From NCBI GenBank assembly GCA_963729715.1, contig CAVSPA010000004.1:640961-704960 (forward strand): DNA of 64,000 bases, in the 5' to 3' direction. A program made the translations under genes and the position numbers. The DNA is from an uncultured delta proteobacterium. Lineage in GTDB: Bacteria > Desulfobacterota > Syntrophia > Syntrophales > UBA2185. This document shows, piece after piece, positions 1 to 10,874 of this stretch (within the stretch, counting starts at the first letter, position 1; each line of letters starts with the position of its first letter). The notes below the pieces were generated by a model that was given only the letters and a program-made list of their open reading frames with translations, did not search any database and had not been told where the DNA came from.

Positions 1-207
1 CGCATATCTTGCTCACTATTTCATTGACGCAGAAGGCTGTTCTTCATCTATTGTCACTTCAGAGAAGGAAACTTCGATCAAGTCAACCGGCATTTTCGCA
101 GTCTATCATCAGGTTTTTCGTAGACATAAATCATGATATCCCTGATTGCGTATGAGTACCCATTCTATATTATCGGGATTAGAAAACGATCAGGGAGAAG
201 ACAGCCA

Positions 208-513
208 ATGAAGGTCTCTGAATGGTTGGATAAGAAGGAAGCAGACGGCATTGACGTATCTCAAATCTCATTGCCTGATGACCTGTCTTATGACGAAGTC
301 CCCGACGAAACTATTTTTTTCAAGGAGATTAATCCTCACGGAGTACAATGTACAGGCAATCATCCGTTTTCTACTGTTGAACGCTTTGGAGACTGGTATT
401 ATAGTAGAGGTCAGGACAAAGGAGCCGGCATTCACTCATCCGAAATGAAATGGAGGCTGTTTACAAAGGATAAAAATCTCGCTGTCAGAATAGCAAAATC
501 GCACATAGAATAA
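208..513 (+). CDS. hypothetical protein (~101 aa)
   Basis: ORF 133..513; ATG at 208 follows GGGAG; no recognised family. Confidence 0.6.
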   Translation: MKVSEWLDKKEADGIDVSQISLPDDLSYDEVPDETIFFKEINPHGVQCTGNHPFSTVERFGDWYYSRGQDKGAGIHSSEMKWRLFTKDKNLAVRIAKSHIE

Positions 514-573
514 ATATTGAGCGTAACCAATTGAAGACGCAATGCGGGTATAAGCGGATATAGCAAAAGGTGC

Positions 574-1110
574 ATGGGAGGTGAACTCATGAGAAATAAG
601 GATTCGCATGAAAAGCATTGGGAATCCGGCCCGATGATGCCCGTGTCGGAGCGTAAGATGCTACACCACCTTTCCGGCATCAAGGTGGTTAAGAAGGGGA
701 CGATACCCGTGGACATTCAGGCAAAAGGCGAAATTTATGATTTATCAATTCTCCCCACATTTTCACTATGTGCATGTTATCTCGGATATGCAAATTATAA
801 AATACTGGGGGAAGAAGAGATGGAGATTTCCGTCGGCTTGATCTGGGATCTGTTTAACTTCACATCCGGTCTGACCACGGACAGGGAAGTAACGGATCGG
901 CATATGATGATCATTGAGAAGGCTTTCGAGTTGCTTGGCTTCCATGCGGATCTTTCAGTCAGGGATCAACATGTCGTTGTCATTGACCGCATATCAAAGA
1001 TTAAGGTCACGGAGAGCAGTAAGACGAAACACATTGGTTTCAACGCAAAAGGAACAAATCCGGACATTTTCTCACAGATGTTGATGCGCGCTTTACTAAG
1101 GAGCCTTTGA
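574..1110 (+). CDS. hypothetical protein
   Basis: 178-aa ORF; GGAGGT before an alternative ATG at 589. Confidence 0.55.
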   Translation: MGGELMRNKDSHEKHWESGPMMPVSERKMLHHLSGIKVVKKGTIPVDIQAKGEIYDLSILPTFSLCACYLGYANYKILGEEEMEISVGLIWDLFNFTSGLTTDREVTDRHMMIIEKAFELLGFHADLSVRDQHVVVIDRISKIKVTESSKTKHIGFNAKGTNPDIFSQMLMRALLRSL

Positions 1111-1161
1111 AGGCATCATCTATTTGACTATAGGAATTGAGTGCGGAGAAAGGGGATCACC

Positions 1162-1449
1162 ATGGATGATATGTTCATAAAGAAAGTGCGAACGGCGGCA
1201 GTGGCTGGATGGTGGACGTTGTTAATCTTCTATTGTGTCCTGCTGATTCAGTGGCTCGCTTATATGCTGATCATGACCAGGCAGCCGGCAGGAGTACTTT
1301 GCTTTTGGGGTGCAGGCGCTACATGGCCGGAAATTCGTACTATCTGGCTGTGGGCAATGGTGGCATTTAAGCTCTGCGTCGGAATGATGCTATTTGTCGT
1401 CATCTGGCTGACACTTTGGGCGCGACAGCTTTCACGCCATAAGGAATAA
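1162..1449 (+). CDS. small membrane protein (2 TM)
   Basis: two long hydrophobic segments; AAGGGG before the ATG. Confidence 0.65.
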   Translation: MDDMFIKKVRTAAVAGWWTLLIFYCVLLIQWLAYMLIMTRQPAGVLCFWGAGATWPEIRTIWLWAMVAFKLCVGMMLFVVIWLTLWARQLSRHKE

Positions 1450-1762
1450 GTGCTGCCACCTTTTAGTGTGATGATTATGCGTGGTGATAATGTCCTTCAG
1501 GTGATCACTGACACACCATCCGCATCTTACGTTACTATTTCATTGACACATTAGACCTCTTCTTCTTATACTGAAGTGAAAAGTGAAGTTCCTGTCGATA
1601 GATGCGCAGGCCCATTGGTCGAACAGCGACCCCCGGCATCTTCCGCTTTGAACCTTTTTTATTGGATAGATTATTTAGTCAGTAATGAAAGAGGTTGATA
1701 TGAAAAATCGACTTATTCTTATCTGTAATCTATTTCCAATTAGATGATTGGAGAGTGCGCTT

Positions 1763-2152
1763 ATGAAATGGCTTGAAAAGTACGCGGACCACGCTTACGC
1801 CCTGTTGCGCATCATGACGGGATTCATGTTCTCGTTCCACGGCGCCCAGAAAATTCTAGGGGTGCTTTCCGAAATGCCACCACCGATGTGGTCCCAACTC
1901 TGGTTCGGCGGAATCATCGAACTCTCCTGCGGGCTGACGGTGCTGCTCGGGTTTAAGACGCGCGCGGCGGCTTTTCTCTGCAGCGGCACGATGGCCGTGG
2001 CTTATTTTCAATTCCACTGGAAGTTCCAAATGGGAGCCAACCTCTTTCCGGCAATCAACAAAGGCGAGTTGGCTGTCCTCTACAGTTTCGTTTTCCTCTT
2101 CATTGCCTGCCGGGGCGGGGTGAAATGGTGCCTCGATAAAAAAGGCCGATAA
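1763..2152 (+). CDS. DoxX family membrane protein
   Basis: LLRI..G..F..HG.QK, IEL..G, R.AAFL.SG.MAVAYF.FH and GELAVLY motifs. Confidence 0.9.
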   Translation: MKWLEKYADHAYALLRIMTGFMFSFHGAQKILGVLSEMPPPMWSQLWFGGIIELSCGLTVLLGFKTRAAAFLCSGTMAVAYFQFHWKFQMGANLFPAINKGELAVLYSFVFLFIACRGGVKWCLDKKGR

Positions 2153-2290
2153 CTTATAAAGACAGCTCACCCCACAGGAGCTGCGGCAGGCTCCATCCAG
2201 TTCTTCCGTGGATATGTACTGATTGTTGAGATCCATGAGAGAAAGCAAGACACATGACATTATCACAAATAAACGTTAGGAGAATGTTTC

Positions 2291-2620
2291 ATGTTTCAAA
2301 ATGTTCCGATAGCAGAGAAAGAATTGATTTATATGGGGCTGAAAAAATTAATTTCTGCAAATACCGGGCAGGGTTTTCGTAATGGAGATCAGGGACATCA
2401 AGTCTATGTCTTGGGCAGCAAGGGTAATTTGCCTGAAGATGATCCTGATTTTCCCGGGAAGCATGCGCTATTCAAGATGCTGAGAGAACTGAGCGACGAT
2501 TTTAAGGCTAAGGGTCATACGGGTGAGGCATGGTGGTATGACTTTTCCTCATGGGGAAATTTCTGCAAATTTGGATTGCAAAGTTTCAAAAAATGTGAAG
2601 GCAAGAGATCGGGTGTCTGA
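2291..2620 (+). CDS. hypothetical protein
   Basis: 109-aa ORF with AGGAG RBS. Confidence 0.55.
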   Translation: MFQNVPIAEKELIYMGLKKLISANTGQGFRNGDQGHQVYVLGSKGNLPEDDPDFPGKHALFKMLRELSDDFKAKGHTGEAWWYDFSSWGNFCKFGLQSFKKCEGKRSGV

Positions 2621-3222
2621 ATGGTCGGAGTGAGGTACTGAGAGAAAAGCTGGTAGCCTTGAATACGGTTCCAGTTCCCGTGTGATGTGACAGGTAAGTC
2701 TACCTGTGCATGCCACAAAGCAGAAAAGCAGACACGGATATGAGTTGACAGCGCCTGAAATCCTTTCATGTTACGGCCGGTGACGATTTCCTAATATTTT
2801 TTTGTCAAAGAGCGCTTATGTTACAAAGTGCCTAATCTATTACGACACAGTCTCATGGTCGAGAATGAAAGGCATCCATGGGCCATACGAATCTTTGGCA
2901 GACTACGAGAGATTCTTGTCTTCTTTGACTATGGGAGGGTTTGAATTGGAATATGCTATGTACCGCGATTTTTGACGAGTAGTTTCCGGAGCTTTAACGT
3001 CAGAACTGATCATGGTTACGCTCAAGATCAACATCTTTGCATTTTTTAGGATTTGCTCGTATTTGATTTCCCCCCATTCTCACAAGATTCTCGTTGCACA
3101 TCAAAATCAGGAAGGTGTGCAAACCTCTTCCCGGACAACTGGTAATGTTTGAAATATCTCTTTGCCTATTAACCTAAAAGAATGTCTTGACAAACAACAA
3201 AGAGAGAGTACGTACTATAGTA

Positions 3223-3241
3223 ATCTGGAATGGTTCCAGAT
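3223..3241. promoter_or_regulatory. palindromic operator ATCTGGAA-TGG-TTCCAGAT, probable Fur/PerR-family box
   Basis: perfect 8-3-8 inverted repeat just upstream of the Fur-family ATG; its core recurs at 3726-3740. Confidence 0.75.
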
Positions 3242-3249
3242 AAAATATA

Positions 3250-3689
3250 ATGACAAAAGATTCAATCATTCACAAATTGAAAGAGCGAGGATTGAGAATC
3301 ACACCTCAAAGACTTGCTATCATTGACGTTTTACTCGAGAAGGGGCATCTTCATCCGGGTGCACGCTTCATATACAAGGAAGCAAGAAAGAGGAGCAGAA
3401 GCCTGAGCCTATCTAGAACCTATGCGACCATCAGTGAATTTTCATGGCATGGCATCATCAAAACTCTTCAGTTTGATGGGGTGGAGAACCGTTGCAAGGC
3501 GGATCTTAACGAGCACATCAATCTGATCTGTGAAAGATGCGGGAAGATCATCGATTACAAGATCCCCCCCTCTGTTGACCAGAATGAAATGAGAAGGAAA
3601 ATGGTTTTATAATCACTAGCAATAGATTGGAGTATTACGGATACTGCCGAGACTGCAGGCAAGATAAGAAACACCGCCGGATTTCGTGA
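3250..3689 (+). pseudogene. Fur/PerR-family regulator, frameshifted near 3590
   Basis: RITPQR and HINLICERCG in frame 1, which stops at 3612; the missing tail NGFIITSNRLEYYGYCRDC...RIS* continues in another frame. Confidence 0.85.
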
Positions 3690-3725
3690 CAAGGGTTGTG
3701 TTTTCATTTTTTTTGGAATTACAAC

Positions 3726-3740
3726 CTGGAATGGTTCCAG
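3726..3740. promoter_or_regulatory. second copy of the CTGGAATGGTTCCAG operator
   Basis: identical 15-bp palindromic core, upstream of the rubrerythrin fragment. Confidence 0.7.
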
Positions 3741-3788
3741 ATTTCTTAGAAACAAGATTAATCAAGCTCTAAAATGATTTGAAATTAG

Positions 3789-3932
3789 AATGAAGTATTC
3801 AAAAAGAATGCCCCAGTGAAATGGCACTGTATTAATTGTGGTTACATTTTCGACGGCTCCGCTGCTCCATCTGAATGCCCGGCGTGCAAACATCCTCAAT
3901 CCTATTATGAAGTGCTAGCGGAGAATTACTAG
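3789..3932 (+). pseudogene. C-terminal rubredoxin-like domain of rubrerythrin (fragment)
   Basis: translates VFKKNAPVKWHCINCGYIFDGSAAPSECPACKHPQSYYEVLAENY*; in-frame stop at 3786-3788; absent from the ORF track. Confidence 0.85.
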
Positions 3933-4191
3933 CCGGTGTCTATCAATACGTTGGAAATATTCGGAACAATAATCGGCCAACGCAACTGATGCGGGGCATT
4001 AGATACGCTGTCAACTGGCAATCATTGATGCCCGATGATGCGGACAAGGCACCCTTTGCAGGTATTTATCTTGACTTGAATTGAGAATAGGTTTAGGGGC
4101 ATGTTCGACAGTAAAAAGTTTGTACATGCCCCGTATTTTTGTGTTGCTAAGCTACAGACCACCCAATGAACAAAATACATGGACAAAACTG

Positions 4192-4869
4192 ATGAATAAA
4201 CGCCTCATCCTCAAGATTTCTTTTATCATCTTAATTCTTATCCTAGGAATTAAACTATACTTTAACTATCATTATTATGATTATTTTATATATTATAATG
4301 AAAAACTTGTCGCTTTCATCGAATCTTTTCATCCTTACGATGATCTCGTCTTCATTGTTATTCAAATCTTTCAGGTATTAGTCGCGGGAGCAATTCCTGC
4401 AGAAATTTCTGGATTCGTTGGCGGCTATCTCTATGGCCCCGTCGTAGGAACAATTTATTCGACAATTGGTCTCAGCATTGGTTCATGGTTGGCCTTTATT
4501 CTTTCAAGGGCATACGGTTTGCCACTTGTAAGAAGGCTGGTAAAGCCCTCGCTTATAAAAAAGTACGATCACTTCATAGAGGCGCGAGGCCCTCTGGTTT
4601 GCTTTATTCTTTTTCTGATTCCCGGGTTCCCCAAGGCTGCTCTTTGTTACATAATAGGTTTGAGCCAGATGAATATCTGGACGTTTATAGGCGTTTCGAC
4701 TGTTGGCCGGTTATTCGGCACTATTTTGCTTTCAGTAAGTGGAGATAGTGTGAGAACCATGAGAATTACCGTAATTCTCATAATCTTGGGACTCGTATCT
4801 GCCTTTTATTTATTGGTTTACATATATCGACACAAATTGCTGGAAATGACGAGAAAACAAGAAAAATAG
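4192..4869 (+). CDS. TVP38/TMEM64 (VTT/DedA-like) membrane protein
   Basis: IPAE..GFVGGYLYG...G and LFLIPGFPK..LCY..GLS motifs. Confidence 0.85.
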   Translation: MNKRLILKISFIILILILGIKLYFNYHYYDYFIYYNEKLVAFIESFHPYDDLVFIVIQIFQVLVAGAIPAEISGFVGGYLYGPVVGTIYSTIGLSIGSWLAFILSRAYGLPLVRRLVKPSLIKKYDHFIEARGPLVCFILFLIPGFPKAALCYIIGLSQMNIWTFIGVSTVGRLFGTILLSVSGDSVRTMRITVILIILGLVSAFYLLVYIYRHKLLEMTRKQEK

Positions 4870-5038
4870 AGAATTTGAAATTTTTCTCATACAGCCAATG
4901 AAGAAATAAGATTTTAGAACATCTTCTTTGATAGAGAGACTCTTGTTTTCTACCTTCCAATACAACGTTTCAATCGGAGATAAAAGAAGCCCCGTAAATA
5001 ATTACAAAAGAATCAAGGGGGACGACCTCAGCGGTAAC

Positions 5039-5893
5039 ATGAAACGTAACATAGCACTATTCGGAGTAACAATCGCTTTACTTTGTTTGATTTTCTTTTT
5101 TGGGGATATTGCTTCAGCGGAAGTCGGTAAGAAACCCGGAGAATTTCAGAAATTCGCATCTGACCTTAGAAGGCATTTCGAAAATCTCGGCTGGAACGAT
5201 TTGGGTACCGAGAAACTCGATTGGGAATATTATCGAAAATCTGGGGGTAACAAGCCACTCGTCTTTACTACGTTCGGAAAAAAATCGGGACAGATCGTGC
5301 TCTTCTTGGGAGGTGTACACGGAGATGAAAGTCCTCCCGTTTACATCTTGTTCAGGCTCGCGCAATTCCTTAAGGAGAACCCGGAACTATATCGAGATAA
5401 AATGATCATTGTAGCACCCCTTATCAATCCCGATGGCTTCTTTTCAAAACCTCAAAAAAGAACTAATGGCCGAGGAGTGGACGTCAATAGGAATTTCCCG
5501 ACGAAAGATTGGAAGCAGGGTAAAAAGGGTAGATACTATTCGGGGCCCGATGCAAATAGTGAGAGTGAGACAAAGTTCCAGATTGCCCTCATCAACAGGT
5601 TCAAGCCCACCCATATTATCAGTATTCATTCTCCACTCGGGTGTTACGATTATGACGGTCCATCATCTGATTTTGATTCTATAGTGATCTGGATGAAAAA
5701 GGTCAGCAGAGAAAATGGCCTGCCTTTCCGTAGGTATCAGGTTTTTCCGGGCTCGCTCGGCAATTACGCGGGGATGGAGAGGAGAATTCACACCCTTACT
5801 TTGGAGTTGCCTTCGTCCGCACCTCAGAAAGGGGCTGAATATTTCGATCAGTTCAAGAGCATGTTTCTGGACATCTTGGACTTGAATCCATGA
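5039..5893 (+). CDS. exported M14 zinc carboxypeptidase, MpaA-like murein peptide amidase
   Basis: GVHGDE, NPDG, RTNGRGVDVNRNF, SIHS, PGSLG and TLELP motifs; signal peptide. Confidence 0.85.
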   Translation: MKRNIALFGVTIALLCLIFFFGDIASAEVGKKPGEFQKFASDLRRHFENLGWNDLGTEKLDWEYYRKSGGNKPLVFTTFGKKSGQIVLFLGGVHGDESPPVYILFRLAQFLKENPELYRDKMIIVAPLINPDGFFSKPQKRTNGRGVDVNRNFPTKDWKQGKKGRYYSGPDANSESETKFQIALINRFKPTHIISIHSPLGCYDYDGPSSDFDSIVIWMKKVSRENGLPFRRYQVFPGSLGNYAGMERRIHTLTLELPSSAPQKGAEYFDQFKSMFLDILDLNP

Positions 5894-6517
5894 AATCCTG
5901 CATTCTCCCAGGCCAGACTTAATCTGGCGGCTGTTGTCAAGTTTAGTGCTGCATAGCTGTAAGCATCAATCTGCCACTTTTTGTTTCCGTAGTAGAGTTC
6001 TCCTGTACTCGTTAATTCGCATTGTTTGCAAAAAGAACACACTTTCTCCTGAAAATTAATTATCCAAATAGTACCTCCTCTTTACATGTGGAGCAGCCAG
6101 TTGAGGTTTTAAAAATTTCTCCTGCGTGCTCTATGGCAACATTGGTTTGTTCTTATAACTGGCTTAGGTCAGTTTCAAATCCGGGGTCTTAAACCACCAG
6201 TAAGGTTCGACCTTTGTTCCACGGTATTCAAACTATGCCATCTAATAAACGAACAGAGACCTCGGATGCAACCATAATTTTCATTCTTTTTTGTGCCGAC
6301 TGGTCGGCATGGGGGTTTCAATGAGTATTCCGACGCAAGCCGCCACCCGAATATGATTGAAAGCGCCACCCTAATATGATTCATTCCGCCACCCGAATAT
6401 GACGGAAAGCGCCACCCGATTCCGATCCAATCCGCCACCCCTGATGAAGGGATAAACGACGCTGGATAAATCCGATGAAAGCCGTTAGGACTCCTGACAA
6501 AAACCCAGGAGGACACC

Positions 6518-8080
6518 GTGGCGGCAGAAAGGTTATCCATGCGCACCATAAAAGAAGTTCTACGATTGAAGTGGGAGAAAAAGTTCTCCAACCAGCAGAT
6601 TTCACAAAGCTGCAATATCGCCCGGAGCACAATCAGGGGATACTTGGCACGCGCTCAAAACGCCGGTCTGAGTTGGCCTCTGAGCCCCGATCTCGATGAC
6701 GGCTCCCTTGAAGCGCTGATGTTTCCGCCAGCACCAACAAAAGCCCCTGACAAGGGAGGACTACCCGCAATGGAGTACCTCCGTAAGGAGCTGAACCGCA
6801 AGGGGGTAACCCTATATCTTCTGTGGCTGGAATATAGAGCAGCCAACCCGGATGGGTATCAATACAGTCAGTTCTGTCTCCTTTATCGCCAGTGGACGGG
6901 CAAGCTGGATGTTTGCCTGCGCCAGACCCATCGGGCCGGGGAAAAGGTCTTTGTTGACTATGCCGGTCAGACGATCCCTGTTACGGATCCGGTTTCCGGG
7001 CAAATAAAAGAGGCGCATCTTTTTATCGCCGCCTTGGGCGCCAGCAGCTACACGTTTGCGTGGGCCTCTTTCTCGCAGGATCTTCCTTCCTGGGTCGATG
7101 CCCATATCCGGGCATTTAACTTCTTCGAGGGCGTCCCGGAGATCCTTGTTCCCGACAATCTCAAATCCGGCGTGAACAAACCCTGCACCTACGAACCGGA
7201 CATCAATCCGACCTATCATGATCTGGCGGAACATTATGGAGCGGTAGTCATTCCCACCCGCATCGCCAAACCGAAGGACAAGGCCAAAGCAGAATCGGCG
7301 GTTTTTGTGGCGGAACGGTGGATCTTGGCGGCGCTTCGGAACCACACTTTCTTCGGCATCGTGGAACTGAACCGGGCTATTGCCGAAAAGCTTCAGGACA
7401 TGAACAGCCGCAAGTTCCAAAAGATGGACGGCACCCGGAGGAGTCTTTACGAAACCATTGACCGGCCAGCTTTGAAACCGCTGCCTTCTTCTCCTTATGA
7501 ATATGCCGAATGGAAGAAGGCGAGAGTCAACATCGATTACCACATCGAGATCGACGGTCACTATTACAGTGTTCCCTATCAACTTGTAAAAGAACAGGTG
7601 GAGGTCCGCTTCACGGCGACCACCATCGAGGCGTTGTTCAAAAACCGTCGCGTCGCAACCCATCCGAGAAGTTACCACAGAGGTGCGCACACAACGCTGG
7701 CAGAACATATGCCCAAGGCACACCAAAAATATTTAGAATGGACTCCTTCCCGGATCATGGACTGGGCAGGTAAAAACGGTCCCAACACCCGTAATCTGGC
7801 TTCCTGCATCATGGAGAACCGTAAACATCCGGAGCAGGGTTTCCGCTCCTGTCTGGGCATCATGAGGCTGGTAAAGCGATACTCATCCGAGCGGGTGGAG
7901 GCAGCCTGTGGACGTTCCCTGCTGCTGAGGGCCTACAGTTACAAGAGCGTCGAATCGATCCTGAAAACCAACCTTGACAAACAGGAGTTGCCGGAATCCC
8001 TCTCTTCCGAAAAACCGATCCTCCATTACAACATCCGGGGAAGGGAATATTACCAGCAAGAGGAGGCTGTCGATGCTTGA
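6518..8080 (+). CDS. istA: IS21 transposase
   Basis: VDYAG, VPDNLKSGV and KPKDKAKAE motifs. Confidence 0.95.
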   Translation: MAAERLSMRTIKEVLRLKWEKKFSNQQISQSCNIARSTIRGYLARAQNAGLSWPLSPDLDDGSLEALMFPPAPTKAPDKGGLPAMEYLRKELNRKGVTLYLLWLEYRAANPDGYQYSQFCLLYRQWTGKLDVCLRQTHRAGEKVFVDYAGQTIPVTDPVSGQIKEAHLFIAALGASSYTFAWASFSQDLPSWVDAHIRAFNFFEGVPEILVPDNLKSGVNKPCTYEPDINPTYHDLAEHYGAVVIPTRIAKPKDKAKAESAVFVAERWILAALRNHTFFGIVELNRAIAEKLQDMNSRKFQKMDGTRRSLYETIDRPALKPLPSSPYEYAEWKKARVNIDYHIEIDGHYYSVPYQLVKEQVEVRFTATTIEALFKNRRVATHPRSYHRGAHTTLAEHMPKAHQKYLEWTPSRIMDWAGKNGPNTRNLASCIMENRKHPEQGFRSCLGIMRLVKRYSSERVEAACGRSLLLRAYSYKSVESILKTNLDKQELPESLSSEKPILHYNIRGREYYQQEEAVDA

Positions 8081-8816
8081 TCAACAGACCATAAACAAAC
8101 TTTATGAACTGAAACTGACGGGCATGGCGGAGGCCTTCGCCGATCAGCAAAACCAGCCGGATATGGATAAGCTCTCCTTCGCAGAACGTTTCGGTCTTAT
8201 TGTAGATCGTCAATGGACCTGGAAAGAAAACAACCGATTGGAACGATATCTGAAAAATGCCCGGATGAAACTCAATGCCTGCATTGAGGATATCGACTAT
8301 AAAACCCCGCGGGGACTCGATCGCTCAGTTATGATGAGCCTCAGCTCCTGCGATTGGGTCAAACGACACCACAACATTATTATCACCGGCCCCACCGGTG
8401 CGGGAAAAACCTTCCTCGCCTGCGCTCTGACCAACAAGGCTTGTCGGGAAGGATACCGTGCTCTCTACGTCCGATCCCCCGCGTTCTCATACCAGATGGT
8501 CCTGGCCAGGGGAGACGGAAGCTACGGCAAGACCATCAACAAACTCGCCAAGGCCCATGTCCTGGTGATTGACGATCTCGGCCTTGCTCCCATGACCGAT
8601 GCCGAACGAAGAGACCTCCTGGAGGTCGTTGAGGAAAGACATGGCCACGCCTCTACTATCGTCGCCAGTCAACTCCCCGTGGAGCACTGGCATGAACAGA
8701 TCGGCGATCCCACCATCGCCGATGCTATCCTTGACCGGTTGATCCATAACGCCCATAAAATAAACCTGTCCATGAAAGGAGGCTCCCTGAGAAAAAAATA
8801 TGCCGGCTTGACCTGA
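8073..8816 (+). CDS. istB: IS21 helper ATPase
   Basis: GPTGAGKT, IDDLG and ADAILDRL motifs; overlaps the istA stop. Confidence 0.95.
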   Translation: MLDQQTINKLYELKLTGMAEAFADQQNQPDMDKLSFAERFGLIVDRQWTWKENNRLERYLKNARMKLNACIEDIDYKTPRGLDRSVMMSLSSCDWVKRHHNIIITGPTGAGKTFLACALTNKACREGYRALYVRSPAFSYQMVLARGDGSYGKTINKLAKAHVLVIDDLGLAPMTDAERRDLLEVVEERHGHASTIVASQLPVEHWHEQIGDPTIADAILDRLIHNAHKINLSMKGGSLRKKYAGLT

Positions 8817-9051
8817 AAAAGCTTCTATGAGAAAGAGCTAAAAACCAGCGTCGCTATGCTCCGACAAGGGGTGGCGGAATCAACCGGAACACCCTGGCGC
8901 TTTGAATCGGAACAGGGTGGCCGCTTCCTTCGGAATCGAGTGGCGGAATCATCGGAATAGGCATTTCAAATGGAAATCACCAGAGTTATGTTGAGGTTCT
9001 TTTAAGGTATCCGCTTGACAAGATAACCTGAATTTGTTTGACTGCAAGAAA

Positions 9052-9104
9052 GGTGATGGAGTTCACCCGCAAACAAACCGCCGACAAGGCTGATAACTCC
9101 TACC
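9052..9104 (+). ncRNA. fluoride riboswitch (crcB motif)
   Basis: GGTGATGGAGTTCACC...AAACCGCC...GGCTGATAACTCCTAC fits the consensus, including the GGAGT/ACTCC pseudoknot pairing. Confidence 0.92.
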
Positions 9105-9129
9105 AGCGTTATTCTGGAGGAGTTTTTTT
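9095..9129 (+). terminator. riboswitch expression platform (terminator overlapping the aptamer 3' strand and the RBS)
   Basis: AACTCCT(A)CCAG pairs with CTGGAGGAGTT, followed by a T tract ending just before the ATG at 9130. Confidence 0.75.
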
Positions 9130-10791
9130 ATGTCAGATACTGCCCGCACTCAGGATGTTTCACAGCGGTCACTGAAAGACGTTCTTGAGCTTTGCGACAG
9201 ATTTTCCATTCTTTCCCTGAACCGCCAGATAGAAGCCTGCGAGAAGTTACTTGTCCAGAACCCGTCCATTGATGTGGCGATCCTTGGTCAGTTTAAGGCA
9301 GGTAAAAGTTCTTTCATCAATAGTCTTATAGGCAAATCAATCCTTCCCGTTGGTGTCATACCGGTTACTACGGTGATTACCCGCCTTCAATATGGAGAAA
9401 AAGAACAAGTCTTTATAAGATATTTTGACGGCAGGACATCCGAGATTAGCATTAACGATATTGGAACTTTTACCTCTGAAGCCGAAAATCCATCAAATAA
9501 TAAAAACGTAGAGGTTGTAGATATTGAGCTTCCGTCTCTTAGGGCTTATGCCGGTCTCCGCTTGGTGGATACCCCCGGCTTGGGAAGTGTCTTCAAATAT
9601 CACGTCGAAACCTCTGAAAATTGGCTTCCCCATGTTGGCACTGCCATACTTGCCATAAGCTCCGATCGACCCCTTTCGGACAATGACGTGCAATTGATTC
9701 GGGAGCTGATGCAGCATACACCGAATATAGTCATACTCCTCACAAAAGCTGACCTTCTATCGCCGGAACAGCAGAACGAAGTCATAGAATTTTTTGAGCA
9801 AACGATTCAGCGAGAATTAAACCGGCGATTACCGATCTATGTATACTCGACCCGTGTGAAGACAGAGCAATGCAAGGATCGCCTAGAAGTAGGACTTCTC
9901 TACATGTTGTCCTTAAACCGTGATTTCGAGTTCAGGAAAATCCTCCAGTACAAGATGCAGTCCCTGATAAAAGACTGTCTCTGCTATCTCGATATTGCCC
10001 TGAAAACATCTTTGCAGGCTGAGTATGATCGAGATTTACTGCGTAAACAGATTTTCGATGAAAAGGTTAATTTTGATCTGATACGTGAGGAACTAACTAT
10101 TATTGCCCGCGAGAACCAGAGACAGACTCGAACCCTTATTATGAATTACCTTGATAATTTTCAGAGGCCTCTTAGGAAAACACTTTCTGAAGATTTGGAA
10201 AAAGAGCTTCCCACGTGGAAAGTTAATCTCTGGAAACTCACCCGGAGATATGAAGAGTGGCTTGCAGACCGCATGACAGAGGAGATGAAGTATATTTCCA
10301 AAACAGAGCATAGACATTTCTATGGCACTCTCAACAAGGCACACGCAAGTTTATCCAGATCAATCGAAGCCTTCCGAAATCTTCTGGGTAAAAATATCAA
10401 AAAAGTCCTTGGCGTGAGGCTCGCTGATGCGGACTGGAAAATCGAGGTATCGGAACCCGATCACCCCGACATCAAGACGATAAGATCATTTGACTTCCAT
10501 TTCGATCTTATCTGGTTTCTTATCCCCATGTTCATTTTCAGGGGTCTTTTTGAGAAGCATTTTATTAGCGAGATTCCCCGCGAAGTGGAGGCTAACCTCT
10601 CGCGCCATGCCGCCCAGTGGGAGGAACGCATCAACACGGCAATCGAAGAAATTCGAAAACAGGCGATTAATTACGTAAAAGAAGAACTCTCCACCATAGA
10701 CGCCTTGTTATGGAAGACGCATGGTCAAACGGATGAGATCAATGAGGCCATTAAGAAACTCCAAGAAGGATTGCAGGACTTAATTGCTTAA
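9130..10791 (+). CDS. bacterial dynamin-like GTPase
   Basis: G1 GQFKAGKSS, G2 PVTT, G3 DTPG, G4 TKAD; long helical stalk with a hydrophobic tip (FDLIWFLIPMFIF). Confidence 0.9.
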   Translation: MSDTARTQDVSQRSLKDVLELCDRFSILSLNRQIEACEKLLVQNPSIDVAILGQFKAGKSSFINSLIGKSILPVGVIPVTTVITRLQYGEKEQVFIRYFDGRTSEISINDIGTFTSEAENPSNNKNVEVVDIELPSLRAYAGLRLVDTPGLGSVFKYHVETSENWLPHVGTAILAISSDRPLSDNDVQLIRELMQHTPNIVILLTKADLLSPEQQNEVIEFFEQTIQRELNRRLPIYVYSTRVKTEQCKDRLEVGLLYMLSLNRDFEFRKILQYKMQSLIKDCLCYLDIALKTSLQAEYDRDLLRKQIFDEKVNFDLIREELTIIARENQRQTRTLIMNYLDNFQRPLRKTLSEDLEKELPTWKVNLWKLTRRYEEWLADRMTEEMKYISKTEHRHFYGTLNKAHASLSRSIEAFRNLLGKNIKKVLGVRLADADWKIEVSEPDHPDIKTIRSFDFHFDLIWFLIPMFIFRGLFEKHFISEIPREVEANLSRHAAQWEERINTAIEEIRKQAINYVKEELSTIDALLWKTHGQTDEINEAIKKLQEGLQDLIA

Positions 10792-10874
10792 CTTGACGCA
10801 ATAGATTGTTAGATATTCAGGTGGAGCTATGTCTTGCCGTAATTTTTGTGAATTCAATGAAAAGGGGAATATAA

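Larger units (their letters stand above)
6322..8963 (+). mobile_element. IS21-family element 1
   Basis: TG...CA ends with IR TGnnTATTCCGA; multiple internal CGCCACCC repeats at both ends; 6-bp TSD TTTCAA at 6316-6321 and 8964-8969. Confidence 0.95.

Noticed and set aside
2255..2290. attC end (GTTAGG) before ORF 2291
   Set aside because: No convincing complementary left arm or full palindrome was found.
6330..6445. CRISPR-like short repeats (also 8870-8950, 38800-38890, 43110-43230)
   Set aside because: These are the multiple terminal repeats of IS21 elements; there are no unique spacers and no cas genes.
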